Of a DNA stretch of 64,000 nt, positions 17,549-27,669 are shown in pieces. The stretch comes from a virus. The stretch spans positions 1 to 64,000 of the IMG/VR virus record IMGVR_UViG_3300019776_000252; one strand, given 5' to 3'. Position numbers and translations under genes: made by a program. Under the pieces are notes generated by a model that was not told the DNA's origin, ran no database searches, and worked only from the letters and a program-made list of their open reading frames with translations. The stretch's first letter is position 1, and every line of letters starts with the position of its first letter.

Positions 17549-17568
17549 CCATAACAACCACGGAGTGG
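17549..17568 (-). promoter_or_regulatory. vRNAP hairpin promoter P1
   Basis: CCATAACAA-CCAC-GGA-GTGG. Confidence 0.87.
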
Positions 17569-17783
17569 GTATGTAGATAAGAATTCTTATAGATTTAGAC
17601 CCAGGGGGGGTGATTGATATTTTGGAAGTCCAAACTGTAAGTACTACATCAGTACCCATTTTATTTTTTCTATAAAAACCTGTGCCTATTTTTTAAGCAA
17701 AATATTCTCTATATTAATGATCACTTTTATCATCTAATAGATCATGCTACTATATAAGCCCGATAACCTAACTAAGGACTTAT

Positions 17784-18089
17784 ATGAAGACACTCCACAA
17801 TAGCGATGTATCTGGTGCTAGGGTTAATGTCCCTGATATCAAGGTAGTTGGTAATGGGGATACCTTTCAGCTTATCTGTAAAGCATCCTCTGCTAATGAA
17901 GGTTGGATGAAGAGTACTAAGGCTATGAATATCCCTGGCTTTGGTTGCTTGGTTCAGGTTACTACTCAGCAAAGGAATCCAGATGGTAGTTATGCAGTGG
18001 CAGAAGCACTAACTACTGTAGAGGGTGCTCATGCTGTTGAAGATAAGGTTAATGGTGGTCGTAAGATCGTTGCATGGGGATTGACATGA
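17784..18089 (+). CDS. Conserved phage hypothetical protein
   Basis: AAGGA SD; KASS..EGWMKSTKAM.I...GCLVQVTTQQ motif. Confidence 0.8.
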   Translation: MKTLHNSDVSGARVNVPDIKVVGNGDTFQLICKASSANEGWMKSTKAMNIPGFGCLVQVTTQQRNPDGSYAVAEALTTVEGAHAVEDKVNGGRKIVAWGLT

Positions 18090-18442
18090 TCATAGCTATT
18101 GATTTTGATGGTACGTGTGTTACACATGAGTATCCAAAGGTAGGTGCAGATATTGGTGCTGCAGAAGTAATTAAGAAGATGTGTCTTGCTGGTCATCAGA
18201 TTATTCTTTTTACTATGCGCTCTGGTTTAGAACTGACCGCAGCTATTGAATGGTTTACTCGTAATGGGATTACGTTGTATGGGGTTAATAAAAACCCAGA
18301 TCAACATACTTGGACAACTAGCCCTAAGCCATACGCTCACATTTATATTGATGATGCTGCGTTAGGTGTTCCTTTGGTACATGGTAAGCATGGTCGGGCT
18401 TATGTGGACTGGGAAGCTGTAGCTAAGTTACTAGCAGTATGA
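18086..18442 (+). CDS. HAD-superfamily hydrolase
   Basis: IAIDFDGT motif I; FTMR; KPYAHIYIDD. Confidence 0.85.
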   Translation: MIIAIDFDGTCVTHEYPKVGADIGAAEVIKKMCLAGHQIILFTMRSGLELTAAIEWFTRNGITLYGVNKNPDQHTWTTSPKPYAHIYIDDAALGVPLVHGKHGRAYVDWEAVAKLLAV

Positions 18443-18822
18443 AGCCTGCTAATCGTTGGCTTGATCGAAGGGTGGCCCATGCAGGGCCATACCTTACGCT
18501 TTGTCTAAGTGAAGATGAGTTAGCTTTAGTTGGTAAGAAACTAAATCAGAATGGCTTGTATTTCCCTGTAAGTGGTGCTTTGTGTTGCACGTTTGTAAAT
18601 AAGAAGTCTGAACAACTGTGTGCTGTTGTTTCGTTATCTTCTTCTGCACAGAGTAAGAATGCAATTGAAATTGCTGGTTTGCTAGTACATGAGGCAGTAC
18701 ATGTATGGCAAGCTTATATTGAAGACATGGGTGAAAGGTTTCCAGGGGCTGAACAGGAAGCCTATGGCATACAGGCTATATCCCAAGAGTTACTGGCAGA
18801 GTACGCTAGGAGAATACAGTGA
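18439..18822 (+). CDS. HExxH-containing hypothetical protein
   Basis: LVHEAVH...EQEAY. Confidence 0.7.
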   Translation: MKPANRWLDRRVAHAGPYLTLCLSEDELALVGKKLNQNGLYFPVSGALCCTFVNKKSEQLCAVVSLSSSAQSKNAIEIAGLLVHEAVHVWQAYIEDMGERFPGAEQEAYGIQAISQELLAEYARRIQ

Positions 18823-19508
18823 CAGCATTAACTATTGATCAGTTCAAGCAAGCTTTACCGGATAAGGTAAAGAAGTCTATAAACCAAGAGTTGATAGATC
18901 AGATTAACACTACGTTGTCTGATCCTGATATGTTTGAGAGTTATAGGGATAACCTGCTTAGTTATACAAAGGTAATGGCTGATGGTAGGTTTAAGATTAC
19001 TGAGTATGTAAGTGCTGTGAAGTATGTTAGTCATAAGCTTATGGGAGCTACTAACATTGAGGCTTACAGTAAGACATTCCCCGATAAGATACTTAGGTTT
19101 AATCAGCAAGGGGTATTGCCAAAGGATATTGCTAGTTATGTCACAGCTTATAACAAGAGTAAGCTGGTTAACCTTATCTTTGAGCAGACGCTGATACCTA
19201 GTTATGTATTGAATCAGGATTTGTATCAGAGGGCTTTGAATGTGCAGGCTGATCTTATGGTTTCAGCTAAGAGTGAAAAAGTTAGGAGTGATGCTGCTAA
19301 TAGTTTGCTTACGCACTTGAAGATGCCTGAGACACAGAAGGTTGAGTTGGAGATTGGTGTTAAAGAGGATTCATCTATCGCCGCATTGAGGGCTAGTACG
19401 CTGGAGTTAGCACGGCAGCAGAGGTTGATGATGGAAGCTGGTGCTATGAATGCACAGCAGGTAGCGCATAGCAAGATTGTTATGGATGTAGAAGCTAAGG
19501 AGTTGTAA
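18819..19508 (+). CDS. N4 gp69-like protein (putative terminase small subunit)
   Basis: AVKYVSHKLMG, YVTAYNKSKLVN, VRSDAANSLLTHLK; upstream of TerL. Confidence 0.85.
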   Translation: MTALTIDQFKQALPDKVKKSINQELIDQINTTLSDPDMFESYRDNLLSYTKVMADGRFKITEYVSAVKYVSHKLMGATNIEAYSKTFPDKILRFNQQGVLPKDIASYVTAYNKSKLVNLIFEQTLIPSYVLNQDLYQRALNVQADLMVSAKSEKVRSDAANSLLTHLKMPETQKVELEIGVKEDSSIAALRASTLELARQQRLMMEAGAMNAQQVAHSKIVMDVEAKEL

Positions 19509-19729
19509 TGGGTGAAGGTACTGTAGGGCACATGATGCCTTTGGATGTTACGGCTGCAGTTAGGACAGTGGGTACTGTTCCTATTGGTTTCAGGTTTGGT
19601 AAATATCCTGATGGCTCTTGTAGGTTGCAGGGTTGTTATATGTGGAATGAGGGTATTAAGCACGGTCAATTGTGGAAAGACATTCCTACTGTGTTTGTTG
19701 ATCAACAAGGTCAGGCTATTTATGAGTAA
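19508..19729 (+). CDS. Hypothetical protein between gp69-like and TerL
   Basis: TAATG coupling with AAGGAG SD. Confidence 0.6.
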   Translation: MGEGTVGHMMPLDVTAAVRTVGTVPIGFRFGKYPDGSCRLQGCYMWNEGIKHGQLWKDIPTVFVDQQGQAIYE

Positions 19730-21332
19730 TGCTGTAGCCGAGGCATTGGCTCCGTGGAAGGTAGAGGATTACCTTAATAAAACAGACTACTCTGTTGATC
19801 CGAACTATGTGCCGAGTGAGTTTGCATTGGAGTTTGTTACGTTTATTAAGCTGGTTAATGGTGAGCAAGGTGAAGAAAACCAGACACCAGTAGTTCACTA
19901 CAAGATGTTGGATACGCTTACTAAAAGAGGTGAGCGTGTTATTAATCTATGCCATCGGGGTATTGCCAAGACTACAGTGATGGGTGAGTACCTGTTTCTT
20001 TATATTGCTACGTATGGCGAGATTCCTGGTTTCGGTAAGGTAGATCTGGCTTTGTATGTAAGTGACTCCATTGAGAATGGTGTTAAGAACATGCGTAAGA
20101 ACTTGGAGTTCCGTTGGGAGAACTCTGACTTCTTGAGGATCTATGTGCCCGAGACAAGGTTTACTGATATCCGGTGGGAGTTTAAGAACGCTGATGGCAA
20201 GCTGTTCATTGTTAAGGGGTACGGTGCTAAGACAGGTGTTCGAGGTGCTAAAGAGTTGGGTATCCGTCCACAGTTAGCAGTACTGGATGACTTGATTAGT
20301 GACGAGGATGCACGTTCGGCTACAGTGATTAGTGCTGTAGAGGATACGGTTTACAAAGCAGTTGACTATGCTTTGCATCCAACTAAGAACTTGATTATCT
20401 GGAGTGGTACTCCGTTTAATAGTAAAGACCCTCTGTATAAGGCTGTAGAGAGTGGAGCATGGGGAGTTAATGTGTTCCCTGTGTGTGAACAGTTCCCTTG
20501 TAATAGAGAAGATTTCCGTGGTAGCTGGCCTGATCGCTTTACCTATGACTATGTGAAAGGTAAGTACGACAAGGCTGTACTGTCAGGAAAGATTGAAACC
20601 TTTAACCAAGAATTGATGCTACGAATCATGAGTGATGAAGATCGTATGGTTCAGGATAGTGACATTGGTTGGTACAAGATTGATGCTGTGATTAGGAATA
20701 AGTCACGGTTTAACTTCTATATCACCACTGACTTTGCTACTAGCGAGAAGCAGAAGGCTGACTTCTCTGTGATTAGTGTCTGGGCTTACAACAATGTAGG
20801 TGATTGGCTCTGGGTTGATGGTATCTGTAAGCGCCAGTTAATGAACAAGAACATTGATGACTTGTTTAGGTTGGCTCAGATGTATAAGCCACAGCAAGTA
20901 GGTATTGAGGTTAGTGGTCAGCAGGGTGGTTTTGTGTCTTGGGTACAGGATCAAATGCTTGAGAGGAACATTTACTTCCCCTTGGCTTCAGAAGGTAATG
21001 ACACTAAGCCTGGGATTAAGCCAAACACTAACAAGATGGTGCGGTTTAATACTGTATTACCTTGGTTTAAGTCTAGGAAAGTATTCTTCCCTATAGAAAA
21101 GAAGTCTGAAGCTACTATTGCCGAGGCTATTAATGAGCTTAGTCTGGTTTCAGTAGGTGGATTCAAGAGTAAACATGATGACTTCATTGATACTATTTCC
21201 ATGTTGGGTTCATTAACCCCGTGGAAACCATCTGAAGAAGCTCCTGTTGTTGAATCCAAAGAGGGTAATGGTATGTGGGATGTGGATATAGAGGACAATA
21301 CGGTAGATCGTATGGCTTCTTATATTGTTTAA
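19722..21332 (+). CDS. terL: Terminase large subunit (N4 gp68-like)
   Basis: CHRGIAKTT, AVLDDL, WSGTP, TTDFATS nuclease motif, KHDDFIDTIS; start moved to MSNAVAE. Confidence 0.95.
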   Translation: MSNAVAEALAPWKVEDYLNKTDYSVDPNYVPSEFALEFVTFIKLVNGEQGEENQTPVVHYKMLDTLTKRGERVINLCHRGIAKTTVMGEYLFLYIATYGEIPGFGKVDLALYVSDSIENGVKNMRKNLEFRWENSDFLRIYVPETRFTDIRWEFKNADGKLFIVKGYGAKTGVRGAKELGIRPQLAVLDDLISDEDARSATVISAVEDTVYKAVDYALHPTKNLIIWSGTPFNSKDPLYKAVESGAWGVNVFPVCEQFPCNREDFRGSWPDRFTYDYVKGKYDKAVLSGKIETFNQELMLRIMSDEDRMVQDSDIGWYKIDAVIRNKSRFNFYITTDFATSEKQKADFSVISVWAYNNVGDWLWVDGICKRQLMNKNIDDLFRLAQMYKPQQVGIEVSGQQGGFVSWVQDQMLERNIYFPLASEGNDTKPGIKPNTNKMVRFNTVLPWFKSRKVFFPIEKKSEATIAEAINELSLVSVGGFKSKHDDFIDTISMLGSLTPWKPSEEAPVVESKEGNGMWDVDIEDNTVDRMASYIV

Positions 21333-21335
21333 GGA

Positions 21336-22058
21336 TTGAAAATGAAACTCAGTGAAGTGTTTAACCAGTTGGCTCATGGTGAGCTTACTCAATTGGCTTT
21401 GGTGGATGACACTACAGGTACTATTAAGACCAGTAAGTACCCAGTTATTGTGTCCAATGTGAACCTAGCAATGGCTGCATTGCATAAACGGTTCAATATG
21501 AAGGAGGGTAGGTTGTCTTTTTATCTGGAAACAGGGCGATTGACATACCCATTGAGTACTGCAGAGGATGTGAACTTCTTTGAAGGTAATGGTGATGAGG
21601 AATTTACCGACAATATCTTGAAGATTGAACGTGTTTATACGGACACTGGCTATGAACTGGGGTTGAATGATGAATCAGATAGCTATTCTTGTAGTACTCC
21701 TACTGCTACAACTCTTCGTTTATCCCCGTTACTCGCAGCGCAAAGTACGGACCTACCTAGTCAGTTACTTACTAAGTCGCTTACTGTGGTGTATCGGGCT
21801 AATCCTACTCCTATCAAGTACACAGACAGCTTCAATCCAGCTAGGGTAGACATTGAATTGCCTTATAGCCATCTGGAACCACTGTTGTTCTTCGTGGCTA
21901 GTCGGATTCATAACCCTATTGGTATGACTAATGAGTTCCATGCTGGTAATAACTACGCAGCTAAGTACGAGAAAGCTTGTTTGCAGTTGGAAGAGTCCAA
22001 TATTCAGACAGATCAGGGTAGTCAGAGCACTAAGTTAATCAGAAACGGTTGGGTATAA
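21336..22058 (+). CDS. N4 gp67-like head-tail adaptor structural protein
   Basis: L..GELTQL, LHKRF, DIELP...LEPLLFFVASR, C-terminal RNGWV; synteny. Confidence 0.85.
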   Translation: MKMKLSEVFNQLAHGELTQLALVDDTTGTIKTSKYPVIVSNVNLAMAALHKRFNMKEGRLSFYLETGRLTYPLSTAEDVNFFEGNGDEEFTDNILKIERVYTDTGYELGLNDESDSYSCSTPTATTLRLSPLLAAQSTDLPSQLLTKSLTVVYRANPTPIKYTDSFNPARVDIELPYSHLEPLLFFVASRIHNPIGMTNEFHAGNNYAAKYEKACLQLEESNIQTDQGSQSTKLIRNGWV

Positions 22059-22088
22059 AAAGAAAAGGCTCCCGAAGGAGCCTTTCTT
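22057..22088. terminator. Bidirectional terminator
   Basis: AAAGGCTCC-CGAA-GGAGCCTTT between convergent genes. Confidence 0.8.
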
Positions 22089-22102
22089 ATTGATGGCTTA
22101 GG

Positions 22103-22225
22103 TTATTGAGGGGCTTCCTCAACCAAAGTGGTAGTGGTTGTCACTACGCCAGCTTCATCTTGGAAAGATTCCGACAGATAAAGAGCACCAGTCTCATCAC
22201 GGTAGTAGCATTCACCAGTTTTCAT
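22103..22225 (-). CDS. Small acidic protein (40 aa) downstream of the 899-aa gene
   Basis: MKTGECYYRDETGALYLSESFQDEAGVVTTTTTLVEEAPQ; strong GGAGG SD. Confidence 0.65.
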   Translation of the reverse strand: MKTGECYYRDETGALYLSESFQDEAGVVTTTTTLVEEAPQ

Positions 22226-22227
22226 GA

Positions 22228-24927
22228 TTAACCTCCAAAGGCTTTAAGGGAAATGTAGCCAAGAGTAGCACCAGAACCTGCTCCGGTAACGATTGCTCGT
22301 ACAAAGGCAGCATTACGCAAAGAGTAAGTGGCTTCTTTTGTAGAGTTTGCTACTGTAGCAATGGCAGTACCCAAGTCATACCAGTTAGCATTGTCTTCAG
22401 ACCCTTGGATTGTGATCGAAGGTGCAGTAGTAGTGACTGCTCCCATGTTAATCACAGCTTGAACGTTGGCTGCTTCAAAGACAGGCAATACTGTAGAGGT
22501 AGAGTTAGCTGTATTAACAGCCAAAGCCCGATCAAACAGACGACGTAGCTGGCTTGCAGGGGAGAATGGCAAGATGCTACGGTTTACAGCCATAGTAAAG
22601 CTAGGCGAAGTACCACTGAGAGTACGAACATAGCGAATATTTTGACCAGCAACACGTAATACAGGGCTGTTGTATGAACCAGTAGCGGTAATACGTGGGA
22701 ATTCATAGAGAGTTACCCAGTTAGTACCACCATCATAGGACTCTTCAACACGAACATCCATAGCTGGAGTAGTTCCGGTAACTGCTGTCACTGCAAGATT
22801 AAATTGAAATGCATTACCGTGTGTATTGGTAAGGCTTGATGATGTAGTAGTGCTGGTGATAGCAGCAGAAGCAACATCATTAATCCTAGTAACAGCAGGG
22901 TGGATAGGCCAACCACCGAAACCGGTAGAAGTACTGATGGTTGCAGTAGTACCTTGAGCTACAGTAACACCACTCAATACGTTAACTGGAAGAGCACGAT
23001 CCCAACGACCAGATCCTTGACCTTCAATACGGGTTACTGAATCATTCCAGCTTTCCATTTGAAAGTCGTGCAGACGTGCAGTAGGACGCAAGATCACAGT
23101 ACCACCACAGTTAGTACTGTTAAGTGTTCCTAGAGCAGGACTGATACGATTACCGTTGATATCAAAGATAGGTTCTAGATACAGGGTAGTTGTAGCTATA
23201 CCGGTGATTTCCCAAGCACCATCAAGACCGAGGGTTGTACCATCAGTAGCGTTACCCATTCCATGAATGTTGATGTAATCTCCTGCAGCTAACAACGCCC
23301 AGTTAGCAGAACCTACTAGCATTAGTCCGTTGTTACCGGAAGACGTAGTAAAGCTGCTTGCTTGTTGGATAGTCTGTGTAATAACTCCTGGAAGATTCTT
23401 CATTCCATTAGCAACGGATACAGAACCACCATACGAAGTGGCAATTGCAGCAGCACCCCAAGTTACAGTAAAGGTGTTAGCACCTGTCACTGTAATAGCT
23501 ACACCAGATACGTTAGGATAGTTTGTTACAGCATCACGGGAACCTGTAAGATTTACAAGAGTACCTGTAATCAATCCATGAGCACCATCGGTATAAACCG
23601 TAGCAGTAGAAGAAGCAGTAAGCTTTTCTGCTTTAAGGATCTTGATGGTAGGACGTACCATGCTGATCGGCTTATACAGACGAATACGTGGAGTAAGGTA
23701 AGCACCTACTAGTGGTTTAACGCTAGTACGGGTGTCACGATTAGAAAATACACCGTTGGATTGCTCACCTTTATCCATAAAGTTGACCATATTAGGTTCA
23801 ACTTGTATGCGATAACGAATGTTAGAACGAAGTTCATATTGGCCTGTAGTAGCTCCAGACACATAGTTTGGACCCATATTTCCAACGGTTGTTCGCTGAT
23901 CGCCAGTAGCAGAACCAGATACTTGTGTATCTGCGCTTGCAAAGCAAGTCAGTAAAGCCGCAGTGGTATTGGAGTTACCGCTGTAACGAATACCTACTGC
24001 ATTACGGGCACCAGTAAAGTCTTGATAGAAAGAAACTTTAGCAGTACCAAGAGTAGGTGTAACTGTTCGTGCTGCAGAACCTACTGTACTTTCATCAGCC
24101 ACTTGGCAAGCAATTGTCTTGCGGTCATAGCTGATGTAATAGATACAGAGGTTTTGATAATTCAAACCTACGTAATCTCCAGTAAGACCTGTAACGTTTA
24201 TCCAATCACCGAGATAAATAGAACGATTACCGCCAATCTCAGGAAGTGCTGTCTCTAGGTTAATAGTTACATGAGTACCTGCTGTGGCGTTATATGCACC
24301 ACCATATGAATTACTACACTGATAGATGCTTGTAATATTAATTGGATCAGTTAAGGGTGCTGGACCTGCAGCAGGATTCTCAAACAAAGAGAGAATTGCA
24401 AAGTGTTGGGCAGCATGAACAAAAGTTAAAGCTGCTTCCAATGCAGCAGGCTGCATAACACCGGCTTTACCGTAGATATTAGACTCACCAGTAGTCAAAG
24501 GATTACCAGACAAAGCCAGAATGTTCTGACCATTGGTTCCCTTCTGGAAGGTAACAAAGTCACCGCCAGCAGTATCTACACTAGAGAAGTTATTGAACTG
24601 ACCAAGGTACTCAACCTCATCTTGGATGTGAGTAAGAGCTTGGACAATCTGACCAGTAGTAGAAGGAGCATCAGAAATAACTAGGTCTGCAGTAGCTGGT
24701 TTAGAACCTGCAGCTACCTTAGCCCAGACATATCCGTTACCTAGTACACCACGAGATACAGCATCAGTCTTAGATAGACGATGACCTGTAACAGTGGGTA
24801 CAAAGTCACCAGAAGTAGTAGCAAACTCCAAGACTGCATTGGATTCCCAAGAAATCATGAAGTTAAGATAGGATGTGTCAGCAATCTTGGTCCAAGAAGT
24901 ACCAACAGACTTATTAATAGTCGTCAT
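22228..24927 (-). CDS. 899-aa beta-rich multidomain protein, probable virion appendage/adhesin
   Basis: Thr/Gly/Ser/Ala-rich; repeated beta-barrel-like modules (HGLITGTLVNLTG); two C-terminal (E/Q)xSxDxxNW beta-sandwich repeats. Confidence 0.7.
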   Translation of the reverse strand: MTTINKSVGTSWTKIADTSYLNFMISWESNAVLEFATTSGDFVPTVTGHRLSKTDAVSRGVLGNGYVWAKVAAGSKPATADLVISDAPSTTGQIVQALTHIQDEVEYLGQFNNFSSVDTAGGDFVTFQKGTNGQNILALSGNPLTTGESNIYGKAGVMQPAALEAALTFVHAAQHFAILSLFENPAAGPAPLTDPINITSIYQCSNSYGGAYNATAGTHVTINLETALPEIGGNRSIYLGDWINVTGLTGDYVGLNYQNLCIYYISYDRKTIACQVADESTVGSAARTVTPTLGTAKVSFYQDFTGARNAVGIRYSGNSNTTAALLTCFASADTQVSGSATGDQRTTVGNMGPNYVSGATTGQYELRSNIRYRIQVEPNMVNFMDKGEQSNGVFSNRDTRTSVKPLVGAYLTPRIRLYKPISMVRPTIKILKAEKLTASSTATVYTDGAHGLITGTLVNLTGSRDAVTNYPNVSGVAITVTGANTFTVTWGAAAIATSYGGSVSVANGMKNLPGVITQTIQQASSFTTSSGNNGLMLVGSANWALLAAGDYINIHGMGNATDGTTLGLDGAWEITGIATTTLYLEPIFDINGNRISPALGTLNSTNCGGTVILRPTARLHDFQMESWNDSVTRIEGQGSGRWDRALPVNVLSGVTVAQGTTATISTSTGFGGWPIHPAVTRINDVASAAITSTTTSSSLTNTHGNAFQFNLAVTAVTGTTPAMDVRVEESYDGGTNWVTLYEFPRITATGSYNSPVLRVAGQNIRYVRTLSGTSPSFTMAVNRSILPFSPASQLRRLFDRALAVNTANSTSTVLPVFEAANVQAVINMGAVTTTAPSITIQGSEDNANWYDLGTAIATVANSTKEATYSLRNAAFVRAIVTGAGSGATLGYISLKAFGG

Positions 24928-25006
24928 AAATGGCCTTTAAAGAGGTTGGAAGGGTATTTTTGTAATGGGTAAATTAATACCCACTACATAATGAACCCCA
25001 TCTAGC

Positions 25007-25429
25007 TTATTTACCTGATGATCCAAAACCACCATCTCCGCGTAAAGTTTCTGTTAGGGAGTCAACGCGCTCTAGTGTAACGTTAATCACAGGAATTAGG
25101 ACAAACTGCAGCAGTCTATCTCCTGCAGGCCAGGAATAAGACTCACCATTCTTGGTTTTGAGTACTGCTTTCCATTCACCACGGTAATCTGAGTCAATTA
25201 CCCCAGCAGTATTGTTTAATTCAATACCAAACTTAGCTCCAGCACTGGATCTAGGTAGTAATAGGGCAATATAACCCTCTGGAACTTCAGCAGCGAAGCC
25301 TAAATTCACGGTAATAGTATCGTTCTGTGGGATACTACCCTCTTCTGGCATATACAAGTCATACCCACCTGCTCCATTGCTACCCTTTGTAGGCATAATT
25401 AGCTTAGGATGTAGAGGTTTAATACGCAT
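25007..25429 (-). CDS. dut: Trimeric dUTPase
   Basis: AGGYDL, PRSS, GVIDSDYRGE, RGDGGFGSSG. Confidence 0.97.
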   Translation of the reverse strand: MRIKPLHPKLIMPTKGSNGAGGYDLYMPEEGSIPQNDTITVNLGFAAEVPEGYIALLLPRSSAGAKFGIELNNTAGVIDSDYRGEWKAVLKTKNGESYSWPAGDRLLQFVLIPVINVTLERVDSLTETLRGDGGFGSSGK

Positions 25430-25494
25430 TAGATTGCCTTTCTTTGGTTAAATTGTGGATAACCACATTGTAAATACATGGAGTTTCAATAACT

Positions 25495-27669
25495 ATGACT
25501 GAAGCTGACCAAGATCTATCGGAAGATAACACACCACTGGTTTCGTGGAAGAATCCTCCGACTATTCGAGAACTTAAGCAAGATTTGCTTGAGGCTCAAC
25601 CTATCAAGGATGCTCAGGTTAGTCAGATTGATACTTGGCTTGACAACCTTAATGTCACCAATGGAGCAAAAGTTGATACTCCAAAGGGTAACTCTAAGAT
25701 TGTTCCTCGGCTTATCCGTAAACAAGCAGAGTGGCGATACGCAGCATTGTCAGAACCATTCCTGAGTACAGATGACGTATTCAATGTACGTCCTATTACT
25801 TGGGAAGATCGTAAAGCTGCTCAACAGAACCAGTTGGTTCTGAACCATCAGTTCAATACTCAGATTGACAAGACGGAATTCATTGATGAGTACGTTCGTA
25901 CTGCTGTAGATGAGGGTACTGTTATTGTTAGAGTGGGTTGGGAATTCCATGAAGAACAGTACGAAGGTACGTTTCCTCAAGTGGAATATAGGGTAAACCC
26001 TGATGTGGTTCCTGTGATTCAGCAACTGGATCAGTTGAAGAAAGAATCTCCAAGCCAGTTTGATACAGACGTTCCTGAAGAGCTTAAGCAAGCTTATGAA
26101 CTCAGTATGGAACAAGGACAGCCTATTGAGGCTGTTGTTGTGGGTCAAGTTAAGGAAACTCGTACCCGTACAGTGAAGAATGCTCCTACGGTGGAGATCT
26201 GTAACTATCGGAATGTCACTATTGATCCCACTTGTAAGGGTGATATTGATAAGGCTGGCTTCCTGATTTACAGCTTTGAGTCTTCTATTTCCAAGTTGAA
26301 GAAAGACGGGAAATACAAGAATCTGAATAAGATTAATCTGGATGGAAACTCTATCCTTGGTCAACCAGACCATACTCCAGAACGTAATACCAACTCATTT
26401 AACTTCAGTGATAAGTCACGTAAGAAGTTCATTGTTCATGAATACTGGGGTTACTGGGATATTGATGGTTCTGGTATTGTTAAACCATTTGTAGCTGCTT
26501 GGGTTGGTGAAACTCTGATCCGTTTGGAAGAGAATCCTTTCCCAGATAAGAAGATTCCCTTCGTTATTGCACAGTATTTGCCTGTTCGCCGTAGTATTTA
26601 TGGTGAACCTGATGGTGCTTTGCTGGAAGATAACCAGAAGATCATTGGTGCTGTTACCCGTGGAATGATTGACATTATGGGTAAGTCTGCCAATGGTCAG
26701 ACAGGTGTTCGTAAGGATATGTTGGATACCACTAATCGGAGAAAATTCGATAAGGGTATGGATTATGAGTTCAATGCAAATGTTGATCCACGTCAAGGAA
26801 TACATATGCATACATATCCAGAGATTCCTCAGTCTGCTCAGTTCATGCTTCAGATGCAGAACATGGAAGCTGAGTCACTTACTGGTGTTAAGTCCTTTAG
26901 TCAGGGTGTTTCTGGCAATAGCCTGGGAGATGTAGCTGCTGGAGTACGTGGAGCACTGGATGCAGCTTCCAAGCGTGAATTGGGTATTCTCCGTAGGCTT
27001 AGTGCTGGAATTATTAAGATTGGACGCAAGATTGTCAGTATGAATGCTGAATTTCTCTCTGATAAAGAGGTTATTCGCATTACAAATGACCAGTTTGTAA
27101 CCATCCGTAAGGATGATTTGGCTGGCAATTTCGACCTTAAATTGTCTATTTCTACTGCAGAAGAAGACAATAACAAGGCTCAGGAACTGGCTTTTATGCT
27201 TCAGACTATGGGTAATAACATGGACCCAGAATTGTCTAAGATGATTCTGTCTGATATTGCCAAGCTTCGTAAGATGCCTGATATGGCTAAGAAGATTGAA
27301 GCTTATCAGCCACAACCCAATCCAATACTCCAAGAGAAAGCTCAGTTGGAGAATGAACTACTTAAAGCTCAGATTGCCAAAGAGAATGCTCAAGCTCAAC
27401 TGGCTTTGAGTTCTGTTGGAGTGCATCAGAGTAAAGCACTTACTGAACAAGCTAAGGCTGCACATATTAAGAGTGATACTGACCTGAAGAATCTAGACTT
27501 TATTGAACAAGAGTCTGGTGTTAAACAGGAACGTGACCTACAAAAGGTTGGTGAACAAGCTAGAAGCCAAGCTGAGTTAAAGAAGCTGGATTTACATATG
27601 CAAGATAAAGAACATATGCATGATTTCACTATGGCTCATTTGCAAAATCAACAAAATAATAAACAATAA
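25495..27669 (+). CDS. Portal protein (N4 gp59-like)
   Basis: PRLIRKQAEWRYAALSEPFL, AVDEGT, YEYWG-like HEYWG, LDAASKRE. Confidence 0.93.
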   Translation: MTEADQDLSEDNTPLVSWKNPPTIRELKQDLLEAQPIKDAQVSQIDTWLDNLNVTNGAKVDTPKGNSKIVPRLIRKQAEWRYAALSEPFLSTDDVFNVRPITWEDRKAAQQNQLVLNHQFNTQIDKTEFIDEYVRTAVDEGTVIVRVGWEFHEEQYEGTFPQVEYRVNPDVVPVIQQLDQLKKESPSQFDTDVPEELKQAYELSMEQGQPIEAVVVGQVKETRTRTVKNAPTVEICNYRNVTIDPTCKGDIDKAGFLIYSFESSISKLKKDGKYKNLNKINLDGNSILGQPDHTPERNTNSFNFSDKSRKKFIVHEYWGYWDIDGSGIVKPFVAAWVGETLIRLEENPFPDKKIPFVIAQYLPVRRSIYGEPDGALLEDNQKIIGAVTRGMIDIMGKSANGQTGVRKDMLDTTNRRKFDKGMDYEFNANVDPRQGIHMHTYPEIPQSAQFMLQMQNMEAESLTGVKSFSQGVSGNSLGDVAAGVRGALDAASKRELGILRRLSAGIIKIGRKIVSMNAEFLSDKEVIRITNDQFVTIRKDDLAGNFDLKLSISTAEEDNNKAQELAFMLQTMGNNMDPELSKMILSDIAKLRKMPDMAKKIEAYQPQPNPILQEKAQLENELLKAQIAKENAQAQLALSSVGVHQSKALTEQAKAAHIKSDTDLKNLDFIEQESGVKQERDLQKVGEQARSQAELKKLDLHMQDKEHMHDFTMAHLQNQQNNKQ

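Noticed and set aside
19545-19721. N-terminal extension of TerL in the ORF track
   Set aside because: Overlaps the well-coupled 19508-19729 gene; TerL-like sequence begins at ATG 19722.
25454-25462. Perfect DnaA box (TGTGGATAA) between dUTPase and portal
   Set aside because: Single 9-mer; another copy occurs inside a CDS near 1950; expected by chance, and N4-like replication is DnaA-independent.
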